Of a stretch of DNA of 64,000 bases, positions 1-12,220 are shown one piece after another (within the stretch, counting starts at the first letter, position 1; the number at the start of each line of letters is the position of its first letter). The position numbers were made by a program, and so were the translations under genes. The notes beneath the pieces were generated by a model. The model was not told the DNA's origin. It did not search any database and saw only the letters and a list, made by a program, of their open reading frames with translations. The stretch comes from Balanoglossus misakiensis (Eukaryota; Animalia; Hemichordata). Where the stretch lies: positions 11,226,276 through 11,290,275 of the forward strand of contig CM082594.2 of NCBI GenBank assembly GCA_040954595.2. Reading direction: 5' to 3'.

Positions 1-2106
1 TGATGACCATTAGCGTGGCTGCATAAATGAAAAAAGTGATTTGATGGTGTCCTATTAGATTGCATATGCCCGCGAAAAGGGAAAAGCCTGGCAGATAAAA
101 ATGTTACACAAAGATGCACTTTTCAGATCAAATACGAGACCGCCTTCAAAGGAGACCGTGTTTCATCGGATACTCTCACATTGGATTTGAACAATGCTGG
201 ATTCTGTCAACGTTAAGCAGTCAGTCTCAACATGTACTTTGCCACCTGGAAAGTTGATAACTATGCCACAACCCCTCTTTACATGGAGGATATAAAAATA
301 CAACATTTTAACTTTTCTTCAGATGTCGGCCACGCTAGATTGGAAACATAGAGATATCTTAAAGATAAACTGCTTAAGTTCTTAGCGCTGTTCATATGCA
401 ATACTTGATCGCAGTCTTGAACGTCACTTTAATAAATGAGTCTTGCTGCTTTCTTAATCCTTTAAAATGAAAAAAACTTAAATATATTATTAAACATAAT
501 GCAATGATGATAGTGGCATTGGAGCAGAAGAATATATCGCCTTCGGTATTGCCAAATCCCCAGCCATGCTAAAGTTCCTACAGACAATCAAACTCGATAT
601 GTTTAATACCGAAATCCATTAGATTTTGTATAATATTCAACGCGATTTGCATGCATTTATAGTAACGATAATGCGTTTTGACATCCAGTAAATCTAAAGT
701 TGTCAAAAAAACTGCAAAGCCGGGTGCATGCTGCGTCCAATAAGCCCGAGGTGTGTGAGTGCTGGCGTTTCACAGAATCAGGCAGCTGTCTTTGGGGACT
801 CATACACTAATCGGAACCTATTACCGGTATTCCCCATTAGCCGTTATGCCCCGGGTCGACAAGTCGTTTATCCCAGTTCTGCAAATTATTTCACAGACTT
901 TAAATTTCGGCTCAGTCGACGAGAGCATTTCAGTCATATTTTTATTGATTCGGCGCAGACGCAGGCCGTTTCATATAAGGAAACTGATTGATATTCCCTC
1001 CTTCTGGTGCGTCTCCGGAATTTATCAAACTGTTTGTTGAAGACAAGAGATTCACACGAGTCAACAAATAGATGTTCGCTGGAGACAGATACCATAATGC
1101 GAGAGTGTGTGAATGAATATTCATGAGTTTGAACACGTCCCTTTGTACTCTGTTCTTCGATTTCTAAGTATTGTATATTTTGTGTTCTTTCGTGAACGTG
1201 CATTTTCTTGCATAGATAAAGGTCTCGCTTGATAGAATTAGGTTTTCGCGACTGAACAGATCCATTTCAAAGAGTAAGAGGGTGAATGGTTTAAGTACAG
1301 ACTGAAGCCATTGATGTGAATAGCAAAGTAACATTTGTGAAAAGGTGAAACATCCACTAACACCCTCTCTGAACTGTTAAAAATTGTCAGGTTAAAGATT
1401 TTTTGAGAACTTAAACCTTGAACATATCCTTCTCAAATCTATTTTGTAACCATGGTATCATTACTGCATTGTTTCCAAAGCCTTTGGGTTTGAAAGTCAA
1501 GCTGATTTAAAGCGTATCTCCCTGGGCAGTGTGCATGACACCGGAAGACACACGCTCATTACCATGGAAACACTGTATGCGTTAAAGTCTCCCTACCTCT
1601 CACATTAGATTAGTTTGATTGAAAATCCACCGATACAAGAAAATATAAAGAAGATGCTGTTATCCCACTGGAGCAAAGATGTATTTGGGGCATGAATTTT
1701 GTTAAGGGAACCATCGGATTCACAGATTCATACCACATGAGTTTCAAAATATTTCTGAGCATTTATGATAGTTACTCACTGAAGATGAGCTACACTTAGG
1801 AAATAGAGCTAGCTTAATGTATCTAACCCAAATTCTACATCTGTTGATTGACAGTCATGAACAAGAAACCTCAAGCAAGAGCTCTTAGCTCTGAAAGACC
1901 ACTGAGTTGTCCTGTATTGATCCAAAATAAACTGAAGCTTTTCGAAATTCATGGGAACGAAGACCGCGATTCGGTCCATGTGACCTAATCAATACAAGAT
2001 AGACGTTCAGGAAAAGGTCTTTCATTCCGTTGATTTGTTTCGTTTTAAACGCTGTTCGCGAGGATACATTTCCCTGGGCAAAGTGTTTATTATCAACTCT
2101 TTCTCA

Positions 2107-2208
2107 ATGGTATATCGTGTCAGATGGTACATCACGTCAGATGGTATATCGTGTCAGATGGTACATCACGTCAGATGGTATATCGTGTCAGATGGTACAT
2201 CATGTCAG
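2107..2208. repeat. 17-bp minisatellite, 6 units alternating A/B (34-bp higher-order unit x3)
   Basis: ATGGTATATCGTGTCAG and ATGGTACATCACGTCAG alternate; the last unit is ATGGTACATCATGTCAG. This repeat explains the repetitive ORFs 2030..2239 and 2035..2265. Confidence 0.95.
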
Positions 2209-2380
2209 ATACAAGGGCAGAATAAAACCTCTTGTCTGAAAGAAATCATGTCCATGCATTTGTAACGTTTGAGGAAAATTCCTGCCTGACAGTCACAGAA
2301 AGAATGTAGGTCGCTCTCAGAGTAGCAACTGACGATAACATAAGGCTTGTAATCAAACGGGTTCCAGGAAAGATTTCTGA

Positions 2381-2551
2381 TGACGTAAAGTAAAGTACTT
2401 GGTGCGTACGTAAGTGAACTTGTAATGAAGCTGCCCGGGAACAACAACTTCAGCTACCCACAATGTCGGCGCGATCAGAGACTTTTGCAATATTTGTTCT
2501 GTTTTGCCTGGGAAAGTAATTATCAGACTTTAACACTTATTACTGTATAAG
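2381..2551 (+). promoter_or_regulatory. Putative proximal promoter of gene A (CRE-like site and TATA-like box)
   Basis: TGACGTAA at 2381-2388; TATAAG at 2546-2551, about 110 bp before ATG 2660. Confidence 0.45.
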
Positions 2552-2659
2552 TCACATGCTTCAATCAAACAGGTGTCACGTACTACACTTCTGTCTGTAC
2601 ATTTGCAGGACAGTCCCGAGGGCTCGTGAGAAAACAACAAGACTGAACACAAACCAAAA

Positions 2660-2800
2660 ATGAAGACTAGAATGTGTGTGCTCTTCTTTATAATTTCAAC
2701 CTTGTACACTGTTTTTGCCGTTCCTGTACATTCAAATGAAGAAGACGATCTGGAGAACAGGATTGCAGTGATTGTCAGAGAAGTTTTGAACATTCTTCAG
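2660..2800 (+). CDS. Gene A (amidated neuropeptide precursor, AstA-like) coding exon 1: signal peptide and acidic pro-region
   Basis: AAAAATGA start context. Translates MKTRMCVLFFIISTLYTVFA|VPVHSNEEDDLENRIAVIVREVLNILQ (basic n-region, hydrophobic core, VFA cleavage site). Phase-0 donor CAG|GTGGGT at 2801. Confidence 0.85.
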
Positions 2801-2998
2801 GTGGGTATCTTTAGTCTTTACTTATCTTAAAGTGATTCGGGGAGACAAACGATGACAAGTCAGCCCGATGCATAAATTCATTAACATAGATAGATAATAA
2901 ATTCATGCACTGATACGTGCATAGATATATAAGTTGGTACATGCCACGTGTTCACATACAAGTTTTAATTTCAGTTGTTCATTTATGTCTATATATAG

Positions 2999-3041
2999 GA
3001 AAAACAAAGACTAGCCGTCCTTGAAAGTGGAGTTACGGGAG
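2999..3041 (+). CDS. Gene A coding exon 2 (pro-region)
   Basis: Acceptor ...atgtctatatatag|GAA; 43 nt encoding EKQRLAVLESGVTG plus 1 nt; consensus donor G|GTGAGT. Phases 0 and 1 join exons 1 and 3 in frame. Confidence 0.8.
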
Positions 3042-3234
3042 GTGAGTGTAAATGAAGCTTAAAAGATGATTGAAAAAAAATGTTTTGTTAATTGCTTCTG
3101 TAAAATCAGCAGCAACATTGCCGTTTTATTTGGGTTTACTTATTTTAACACAATGTAGGATTTTAATATAAGTATGCACTTCGTTCTATGTCATTGTGTT
3201 TGTATACAAAGATCCTTTTTGACTTTTCTTTCAG

Positions 3235-3335
3235 ATGGTGAATACGTGCGTAATGGTGTTACAAGAGACGCTGAAGGGAAACGAGGCCCAGACCATGCAA
3301 AGACTTATTACCACTTTGGAGTTGGGAGGCGTTAG
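3235..3335 (+). CDS. Gene A coding exon 3: mature peptide GPDHAKTYYHFGV-amide
   Basis: Strong acceptor ttttgacttttctttcag|. Reads DGEYVRNGVTRDAEG-KR-GPDHAKTYYHFGV-G-RR-stop (TAG 3333-3335). Spliced CDS is 141+43+101=285 nt, 94 aa. Confidence 0.85.
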
Positions 3336-4976
3336 GTAATTATGTCATTAACATATATCCAACGCTGCTATTTGCAGAAAGGAAAGAGTACAGCTCTAGG
3401 TAGAAGTATGCAGAGCCTAGCTCAGCTAAACTGGCAACATTTTGGGTGGGCAGACCACTAGACATGACAATCTCCATAAAATCAAATACTGCAGTTTTGA
3501 TTTACGACACACTGAATATACTGCGCGTATACTGCTAATGGCGCCCACAAAATTGTAATTGCAAAAGCGAAATTAAGCTCTGATTTGAAATGAAGTTAAA
3601 AATGATCGCCTTTGCAATGCATAATAAAATGACACGAACAGACTCTCATCGCTGATATGATTGAATAAACTAGCTCGAAAACTTGTATGGCATATACCCT
3701 GGAGATTTAAGTGGAGCCATATGAATTTATTGCAAGCTATTACTGGAGCTTGATCCTCTTATGTGAAATGTTGTTTGTATAAATCGATCATTAAGAGTAC
3801 TACTGAGAACGTATATTACATAATAACATTATCAAGAGATCATAAGGTTTAATTATCGAGCTACAGGCAATACTGGTCACCAATCTTGGAAACGTCCTAC
3901 ACAACAATTTGCATGCGTTAATTTCTCTCGCCCACTAGAGGTTGAATTCTCTCTGGGATGAAGTGACGAACAACACAGGACTACATGTTACCTCTGAAAT
4001 ATTTCCCCTCGTCACAGAAATTCATCCACAGTGTCTAAATAAATCGTATAAGCTTCTAACTAGTGAGAATCTAAACACTTCTTTTCGGTTTCGGTAGACG
4101 TGAGAAAAATAATCTCTAATTGGTCGCCTGTTGGATTGTAGAATATACGAGTTATCCTACAGCCAGATTTCTTTCTAATTTATTTGAATATTTGATCTAT
4201 ACAGTGTTTCGTGGTGTCCCCAAAGACCTTTCATAATTGACAAGTATTGCCACACTCACTAGGGAGTATTTGCGCTTGTCACCAGTTGTGTGTCAGGATA
4301 TACTTCACCAAGTGCAATTTTTACAAACCAAATATATTGCTTGTCAACAGTGCTGGGTATTTTTAATTCGCGTGAACAGAACTTTCGAAAATGTCAAGTA
4401 CGGTCGGGGAAAAATAAGAAAACGGAAACTAGCGTCAAATTCGTTTGAAGAAATGTTGTCTCTCTCTGCATCTTGCTTCCGCGGGATGCGTTCCTATTTT
4501 CCCTTGCCATTCCCTAATGAAATATGTGGCAGAACACACACTGACATGTGAATGAGAACCTGCTTCACAAGATGCCTTCTGGCAACGTCTTTTGATTATT
4601 GTTAACTTTATGATAAAAATCAGCCAACCGCTGACATGAATACTAATATTGAAAGAGGAATACTTGTTCCTGTCTGAATAAAGAACTTTGCCCGACAGCC
4701 TATTCATGGTGTTCTATGTCATGTCTCGCATTCTCGTTGCCTGGAGATACTTTTACGGCAAAGGCGTCTATTGGCAAATGTTTTCAACTGAGCCAAGTTG
4801 GCTCCAAATTTTTATTGTTTCTCGTGAACACACAGCAAAAGTAAGTAGACCAATTTATCTGGGAAGAATGGAACCTACAAAAATCCGTAGTAGTCACACA
4901 TACATGTAGGTTTGTTAAATTGTGCACTAGTTACTGGTAGATTGATAATTTCTCTCTCTCTCTCTTTCTCATGTAG

Positions 4977-5374
4977 AACAAACCAAGCCTTTGAAGAGTT
5001 CATTTTTGTTGGAAGCGTATAGAAAAAAAGAAATATCAATTAAGAAGACGATAGCTATGTTGCTCGTTTGTTATTTGTTGACTCTTAATATCATTTGGAA
5101 CCAAGAAAAAATACATTTGATGTTTTGAAGTGATTTATTTGAATAGAAAATAATATGCAGTTGCAGCTGACATGTCTTGAATGCCGCGGCCAGCATTGCA
5201 ACATTTCTGTTTTTCATTTATGTTCAAGAAACACGATTTCAGTCAGAAAATCTTCCATGATTTATTTTCACAATTATGTCACGTTAATCATCTTTAATGA
5301 CTATATTAACCACTGTTAACAACCACGTATTGTTATTTCCATATAATTTTTGCCTGTCTTGATTTTGAAATAAA
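4977..5374 (+). other. Gene A probable non-coding terminal (3' UTR) exon
   Basis: Donor TAG|GTAATT immediately after the stop; acceptor (TC)n-tttctcatgtag| at 4951-4976; AT-rich sequence; AATAAA at 5369-5374. Confidence 0.55.
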
Positions 5375-6735
5375 TAATTGAAAGTTCACTTGTACATAAT
5401 GAACGTCTCTTTGAAATGCTCTGTAAAAGCATTCAACATGGAGGCTCTACCGGTCTTTCAAGGATAAATTCCACAACTGTCCAATCCCCATAGTTTATTC
5501 ACATGTGTAGATTTAGACACCAATAGATGTTGGCAGAAATGCAGTTTACTGAGAACTAATAAATTTATGGATCGGCAAGTAATGAAGAGACCCTGCGTGA
5601 CTTCTTAATTGCACCCGATTGTGTATTTTGCCTTCTGCATACGATGTGAATTGCTTTAATGAACGATTTTCAGCTCTGCGGCTAGGCGATCCTAACAGAA
5701 TTGAAGTCATTTGTCAAATTCCACTGCAAATATGTCACTCGGCGAATGAATGCTTATAATTGTAAGGGCAACTGTGCACGACAACTAATGCGCAGACTCG
5801 GACAAGAGATTCAACCAACCATGCCATAACATATCAAAGCCGTCAGAACAATTTCAGCTAATCAGAACATCCGCCAAAACAGAAACAGCAACATCTTTTG
5901 AATATTCACACAACTCTATACAGTGTCATACGATCGCGATGTTTTCTATGCATGAACATGACATCTTACAACGTAGGCGAATGTGGGAAAACGCAATGGT
6001 GGGATTTTAGTAATCCCTTGCTATCAACAGATGTTTCCTGAAACTTGTCTCGAAGCGTCTTTTAATTGCCCTGAAACCTAAAGTTTGAATGTGACGTATA
6101 TTACTCTGGCTGAAGCCAACGTTGCCTGCTCCTTTTGAATATCGACAGTACTAGTAACTCCTAAATGGAACTTAATGGGGGAGAGGTGTGTGAGTGTCTG
6201 GTTTACCTCAAGTCTAAATACTACTACAATTTTACAACTTTTCGGACAACTTAAAATTTAGAACATGCAAATTTTTGCCCCTGCTTTGTCCGTTAAGCGA
6301 AGTTCAGGCAAACAGTGTTAACTCACACATCAACTAGCTACTCTTCCGTCGATATTATTGATTAGTGATGCACCTGTCTTGTCTTCTCAAGTGGTTCAAA
6401 CACGTTGGCTGCATACACTTTTCACTCTCAATCTATTCTAACGGAACTCGGGCATGTCACCTCCCTGGGACGTGAACTTTCTGACTCAAAACAAGGTTCA
6501 ACCTGAGAGAGACAAGATTCACAGTGAACTATTCGGCCGTCTTTATAAAAAGGGCAGTAGTTGTACCACCTGATACTTTTTTTAAGTTTCTTAACATTGT
6601 ACCATCTACCATTCCTTTTTTCTATTTCCAGATCATGTTGAAATTAAATTATTCCTCTCGACAAGATTACTGTGTATGTGTGTATTGTACGTATGTTTAC
6701 TGACAACCGAATTTGAGAAAAATTCACGTTGGAGG

Positions 6736-6757
6736 GTGTGTGTGTGTGTGTGTGTGT
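6736..6757. repeat. (GT)n microsatellite
   Basis: About 11 GT units read directly. Confidence 0.95.
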
Positions 6758-9700
6758 AGGTCTTCTAAAATTCACTGTCGATTTACGGCATGACAATGTT
6801 CGTTGTTAGAGAATGGGGAGAAACGTCAACGGGATAGCGCCCTCTTAAGTTGATAAATAAAGTTACCAGGGAGTGATAGTTGGTACATTAATATTCCCTC
6901 AGCATTAATCACTCAGAATTGATCGCATGCTGGTGTAGTAGTGATCATTTGGTGTCTTTTATTTGACTTGACGTTCTGATTTTGTAGGTGACCTTGCAAC
7001 ACTGTAACCTGCAAAATCGTTGAAATCAAAAATCAATATTTTGCGGGAAAGGCAACAACAGAGTGACACCGGAGACGGCTACATTCCCACAGCTACATCG
7101 TAAAATAACAAAGTAAACTTTCAGTTTTTATGAGGGATTATAGGAGTAAGTCGGTCATGTTGAAAGTGACCCCTGTGGCGCTTTGCTTAAATAGTACGTG
7201 ACCATCCGTCAATCCATAACCCAGCCAGAAGTTTTTTACACGAAATCCTCCAATTGGGACTGACTTGAAAGCCCTGTCAGGTGACTAAATGGAGTGCGCC
7301 CTCTCATGAAGACTTTTTGAAAAGTGGATGGGTGCGTTTGCCAGCTATCCAAAGGGTCCTTATCTAGATCCACGCATAACTATCGTACACTTTCTATCGT
7401 ACAAACAGATAAAACCTGAACGTAGAGGGCAGTTTTTCTTTAGTCCTGGCAGTATAATTAGCAAATGTGGTTTGTGGGAGACAAACGACGATATCCATGA
7501 TCAGCAGAACGTCTGACACTGGGTGATGTCATCGTCTGTCGCTATGGGAATCGTCGCCAAATATTATCCTTGTGGCGAGCATTTTGGTTCGTCTACAGTG
7601 GGGGCATTTCAAAATGATGGATTCTCTTATCAATGTTGAGACTGAAATGTCTGTGATGTCTTGCTCTAAAGTATCATCTTAGTTTGCGTTTCCTTATTGT
7701 GAAATCACATGAGATTTCATCAACCATATTTCCCCCGAGCTCAACTTAATCGTAAAAATGCATCCATGTCCCACGTGACTTAATTAACGGCAAGGAACGC
7801 ACATGTGACTTTCGTTCACGCTTTGTGCAAATCGTTATAGATACCATTGTAAATATTGATACAGTGTGACGTTGGTATAAGACAGAAGTTCAAGTCATTT
7901 AGGGATATCATGTTCATCAATATTGCTCCATTTCCATCATCGTGTTGAATAAAAAAAAGGACTGAGGGATATCTTTTCTCATTACCATGGTACACAGAGT
8001 CCATATTCTTGAGGAAATAAAGCGTAGAGCCTGTCATGAATAAAAGAGAGCGAACACTCCACTGTAAAATATAAGATCCTCTCACTTCATCCAAAATAGA
8101 CTATCTGGCAAATTTAAGTAACTGTGACTCTTAGTGTGTCCGATTTTATGTAAGACAAACAAGCCAATGCAAGTGGTTGGAATATGAGATGCACGCTTGA
8201 CGACACAGAATCATAAATTTTCTCTCAGTGTCGTTGTCTTGAGTGTGTGAAAGCGCTTTGCCTGGAGTAATTGCTGCTGGTGTGGGACTGTAAAGATTAA
8301 GTATTAATCAATTATTAAGTCTGTGTAACGGCTTTAGTACATGGCCATTGCTAGTTAAAAGGACGTCCACACTCCCATAATTGAGATTTACTGCATTTAA
8401 GCCATTGTCCCCTCAATACCGTCTGAGTAGGTCATTATCATATCACGAAAGATTCTCAGATGGGGAAAGTCTCTATCTCAAAGTGGTAAGTAAGAACTCT
8501 GTTCAGTTGTTTTGCAATCAGTAACAGTAATAAACTGTGACTTCAAAAATGTAATATCAAAGTATAATAGTCAATGTACAATTTTAATGTGAATTTCTGC
8601 CACACAATAAAGTGCATATTTTTCTAACAATACAATCATTTAAAAGAAACAATTGTCCTATTTGAGATGTCCAAACTTCCAATTTACATATTAAACACTA
8701 GGCATTGGAAGGATTACTGATCAATTTACAATCAAGAGGCCTTTAATTTGAATGTAAATAAGTCCTTGCAAACACAATGAACAAAAGAATGAAATGGAAA
8801 GACGAGCATATTCCTCACTAATGTTGTTGTAAGTGAAAGGAGATGGACTAAATTGAACGCCATCTGTTTGCTGTGTCATCTCCAGAGGGCGTGCTTATTC
8901 AGGATATCATGATGTGGCATGACTGATTATTGTAAATAAAATAGATTTACACAGCAACAAGCTTCAGAAACCGACCAATTAGAATAAATCATAACCTTTG
9001 AAAATTATTGCCAATATTCCAGTCTGTTTTATTCTCACTTTTCTTCATCTTGCTCGAGGTTATCCTTCCTGATGCAAAAGGATGACACTTGACGTGCCTG
9101 CCATGACATTTATGCAGTGATATTTTGCAGGAAGTGTCACTACAGGATACAGTAGGCTACATAGTTGTACCACTAATGACGCAGTCCATGTTCTCGTGTG
9201 TGATCACCGGTCACATTCAAGACACAGATTTTGTCAAATAAATCCCTGAGGAGTATCTTCCAGCAGTTCAATCAAATCAAGTTTTAGTTGATTGTAGAAG
9301 TAGCCTTCAGAAGGAGCATGGAGCATCAGTTTACAAGTATACTTCACATTTGCTCTATCACACGGTCATGAAACAACGCTGGACATTTAAGTTGATATAT
9401 CCTTTGTTCTAAGGTGTTGATCACCTACTACGAAAAATCAGTGCGTGATAGAGGGACTGTGTATACTTGAAGATAAAAGGTTTGTTAAGGTTTGTGACAA
9501 CAGATGTTAAATCGCAAAATTCTCGGTCAGATAAATTGTTCATATCAAAAACCTAAATATCAATGAAAAGCACTGCCCACGCAGTTTATTAAATTTCAAT
9601 TACTAAAAGTTTCTGTTGGATTAGGCCTTGAAATTACAGCTGTGTTAAAATTTATGTCGCAAGAACGAATTAGGTTTTTTGTTCATATAGTCGCCGATCT

Positions 9701-12156
9701 AAGTTTGAATGATCACTTTGCCATTACTTATCACTGTTGTTTAATTAAAGAAGCAGCTTTATTCAAGATAGACACTGTGATGTTCTTTGGGTTCTACCCA
9801 GTTTTGAATTATTCGGAAGTGAATCTGTTGCAATATCACGGTAGCCCCTTTGAAGATAACCTCAGAGTCAATAACACAGCGCGTACTTTAACCACCAAAC
9901 ATATTCACACAATATAGTGCAATCAGGCTTGATGCAGTGAATTCAAAGCCCAATGCCTGTTCTTACGTTTGAGTTACCGGTGCAGCTGTCCCTGAAATTG
10001 CCTGATGTTTTCTGAAGAGCTGGGAACCTGCGAACAGACAGAAACACCATTCTGGGGCTGTGTTCTGTTTTCTCTGACTTCAAGCCGTCAGATAAACCCT
10101 CGCTGACTGTAACCAAATACAGCGTAACGAGAATGTATCCGTCCACGTCAGTAAGCCTTTGTTGCCATGCAATCAAAGCTCGCCATTTCAAAATAGACGG
10201 ATGCTCTCATGGGCGAAGAAATATAGATAATAGGATGAGCAATTACTCTCTCAATCTGTACAAATTTCATTTTTGTAAGAATTCTTGAGAGAGACAAGAA
10301 AAGCGAAACGTGCCCACGAGCAGAAGTGACTGATTCTGTACCAGCATAACTCTCCTGTTCAGTGAGATGACGACTAGCATGTATAGGTAGATCTACTTCT
10401 GTACACTTGGAATGAAATAAACAACTATGGCAATTTAAGATGAAATTTAGAGGTACTTATGGTCTCCTAATCGGAGTACAACCACTTTTATCCCTTGAAA
10501 GAGAAAATCTGACTAAAATGTGTCAACATTTCTTAAAGGAATCAGATGGCTGTATTTCCGACCGGTGTCTAAAAACGTGAAATGTGAAGGGTTAAAACTG
10601 CTTATACGTACAATAATTTTGGGTAAACTTATAGAGATACAAGGGTCTCTGGATTTTAAAAATACAATGGACCATAACAGACCACTTCAAAAAAAAAACA
10701 CCGCAAATGTTAAACAAAGCCAGATCACGTTTTCTCCCGAGCAGAGGGGGTTCAACTCCTGTTAATGATGTACGGTAGAAGGCCAGACATTGTCTCTATG
10801 GAACGTGTCACAAAGTATGTGACACGCGCCACGATGTTTTACCTGCAGACGTCAACCGACGCGGGTGCAAAAATAGCAAACGAACATCTCCGTTAACAAT
10901 GATAAATACGCAAATGGCATAATGCTCCGGAAGCGTATTTCGGATGCATGGAAGAAAATGACCCCAAAATTAATACTCTAACTGCATCTAAGTGGTCTTT
11001 ATGTGGCTGATGATCAGAAAATTACCTAAAAATTAGAGTTATCATTAGTCTTTGCCTTTAGTTAGCATGTCGAAGATCAGAATCGTCCTGTTAATGGCAT
11101 TTCCCCTCAATTCATAAGACGTACAAAGGGCCCATGAAATGTAGTAATTATTTTCTTTCCATATTACGTCTTTGTCCATCTAACTATTCTTTCAGTATTG
11201 CAAAGACTGTGAAAAAATGGCGTCCATATTGTGGCTAAGACACAAACTGTAGAACTGATCAATGTATAAAAGAATTTAAACCAAAAGGGTCTGAACAGAT
11301 ATAAATTCAAATGGTACAAGTAATGGCTGAAGCATTAGGATGGGAACACCCTGTTTTCTCTTTATATTTGAATTTAAAATTTATATACCAGAGATAAAAT
11401 ACTAAAAAAACAAGAAGAAAAACTCAAGTATTTCTAGAGAATGGAGACAGAACGTGGGCAAGAACAGATCCAGTAAAATTCAGAGCTGACGACATTTTGT
11501 AGGCTGGGTGACTCTATGACCAAACTTGGTATTAAACTGGATACTTCAACACTACGCAGAACAACAGCACTGACAACTGGCTTCCCTTCGAGACATGCTA
11601 TTCCCGAATGATATAAGCCACAAGGAATGTTGCTCAAAAGTGCATGAAAAAACGCATGAAATATGCCTGGTGTGGTGAAAGCGACTTTTTGGCATTATGA
11701 AATCCTCCACTCATGCTTAGTGTTGTGAAATGATGTTTCAGACCAGAACCGGTTTATGCCTAGATGAACAAATATGAAGAAGCCGACAGAATTTCACATG
11801 GAACCCTTTTCTTGTAATCTAATCTGCGGATTTGCCTGCAGTATGGCATAGACTACATGCGTCAGAGCAAAGAATAGATGCATTTCAGTGAGTTTAGAAC
11901 AGCAGGGCCGTACCGGAGGTAACGCTTGTATATTTGTAAAGAATACACATATGACGTCTGACGTATTTACAGATGTCAAGATATGAACCCCTTATAATTA
12001 TGTGACTGTGGTTGGACATAAAAGGATGCGCATTATTTAATGGAGAGATTTTACGCTGTAAGCTTTTGTATATTTTTATCGATGGACAATGTTGTCATAC
12101 ATTCAACCAATAAACAGCATAAGCGGTCTCAACATGCAACACCGGGCGGTGTTGGG

Positions 12157-12220
12157 TCTATCTATCTGTCTGTCTGTATGCCTACCTATCTTTCTATCTA
12201 TCTATCTGCCTGTCCGTCTG
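12157..12220. repeat. Degenerate (TCTA/TCTG)n tetranucleotide repeat
   Basis: tctatctatctgtctgtctgtatgcctacctatctttctatctatctatctgcctgtccgtctg. Confidence 0.85.

Noticed and set aside
2030-2265. Repetitive ORFs, and a superficially CRISPR-like repeat
   Set aside because: Contiguous 17-bp units with no unique spacers, no cas genes and a eukaryotic context; the ORFs are by-products of the repeat.
2530-2793. 87-aa minus-strand ORF
   Set aside because: Antisense shadow of gene A exon 1.
9943-10191. Minus-strand ORF with a hydrophobic stretch and an internal acceptor/donor pair
   Set aside because: No ATG gives a signal peptide in frame, there is no amidation site, and no partner exons could be joined.
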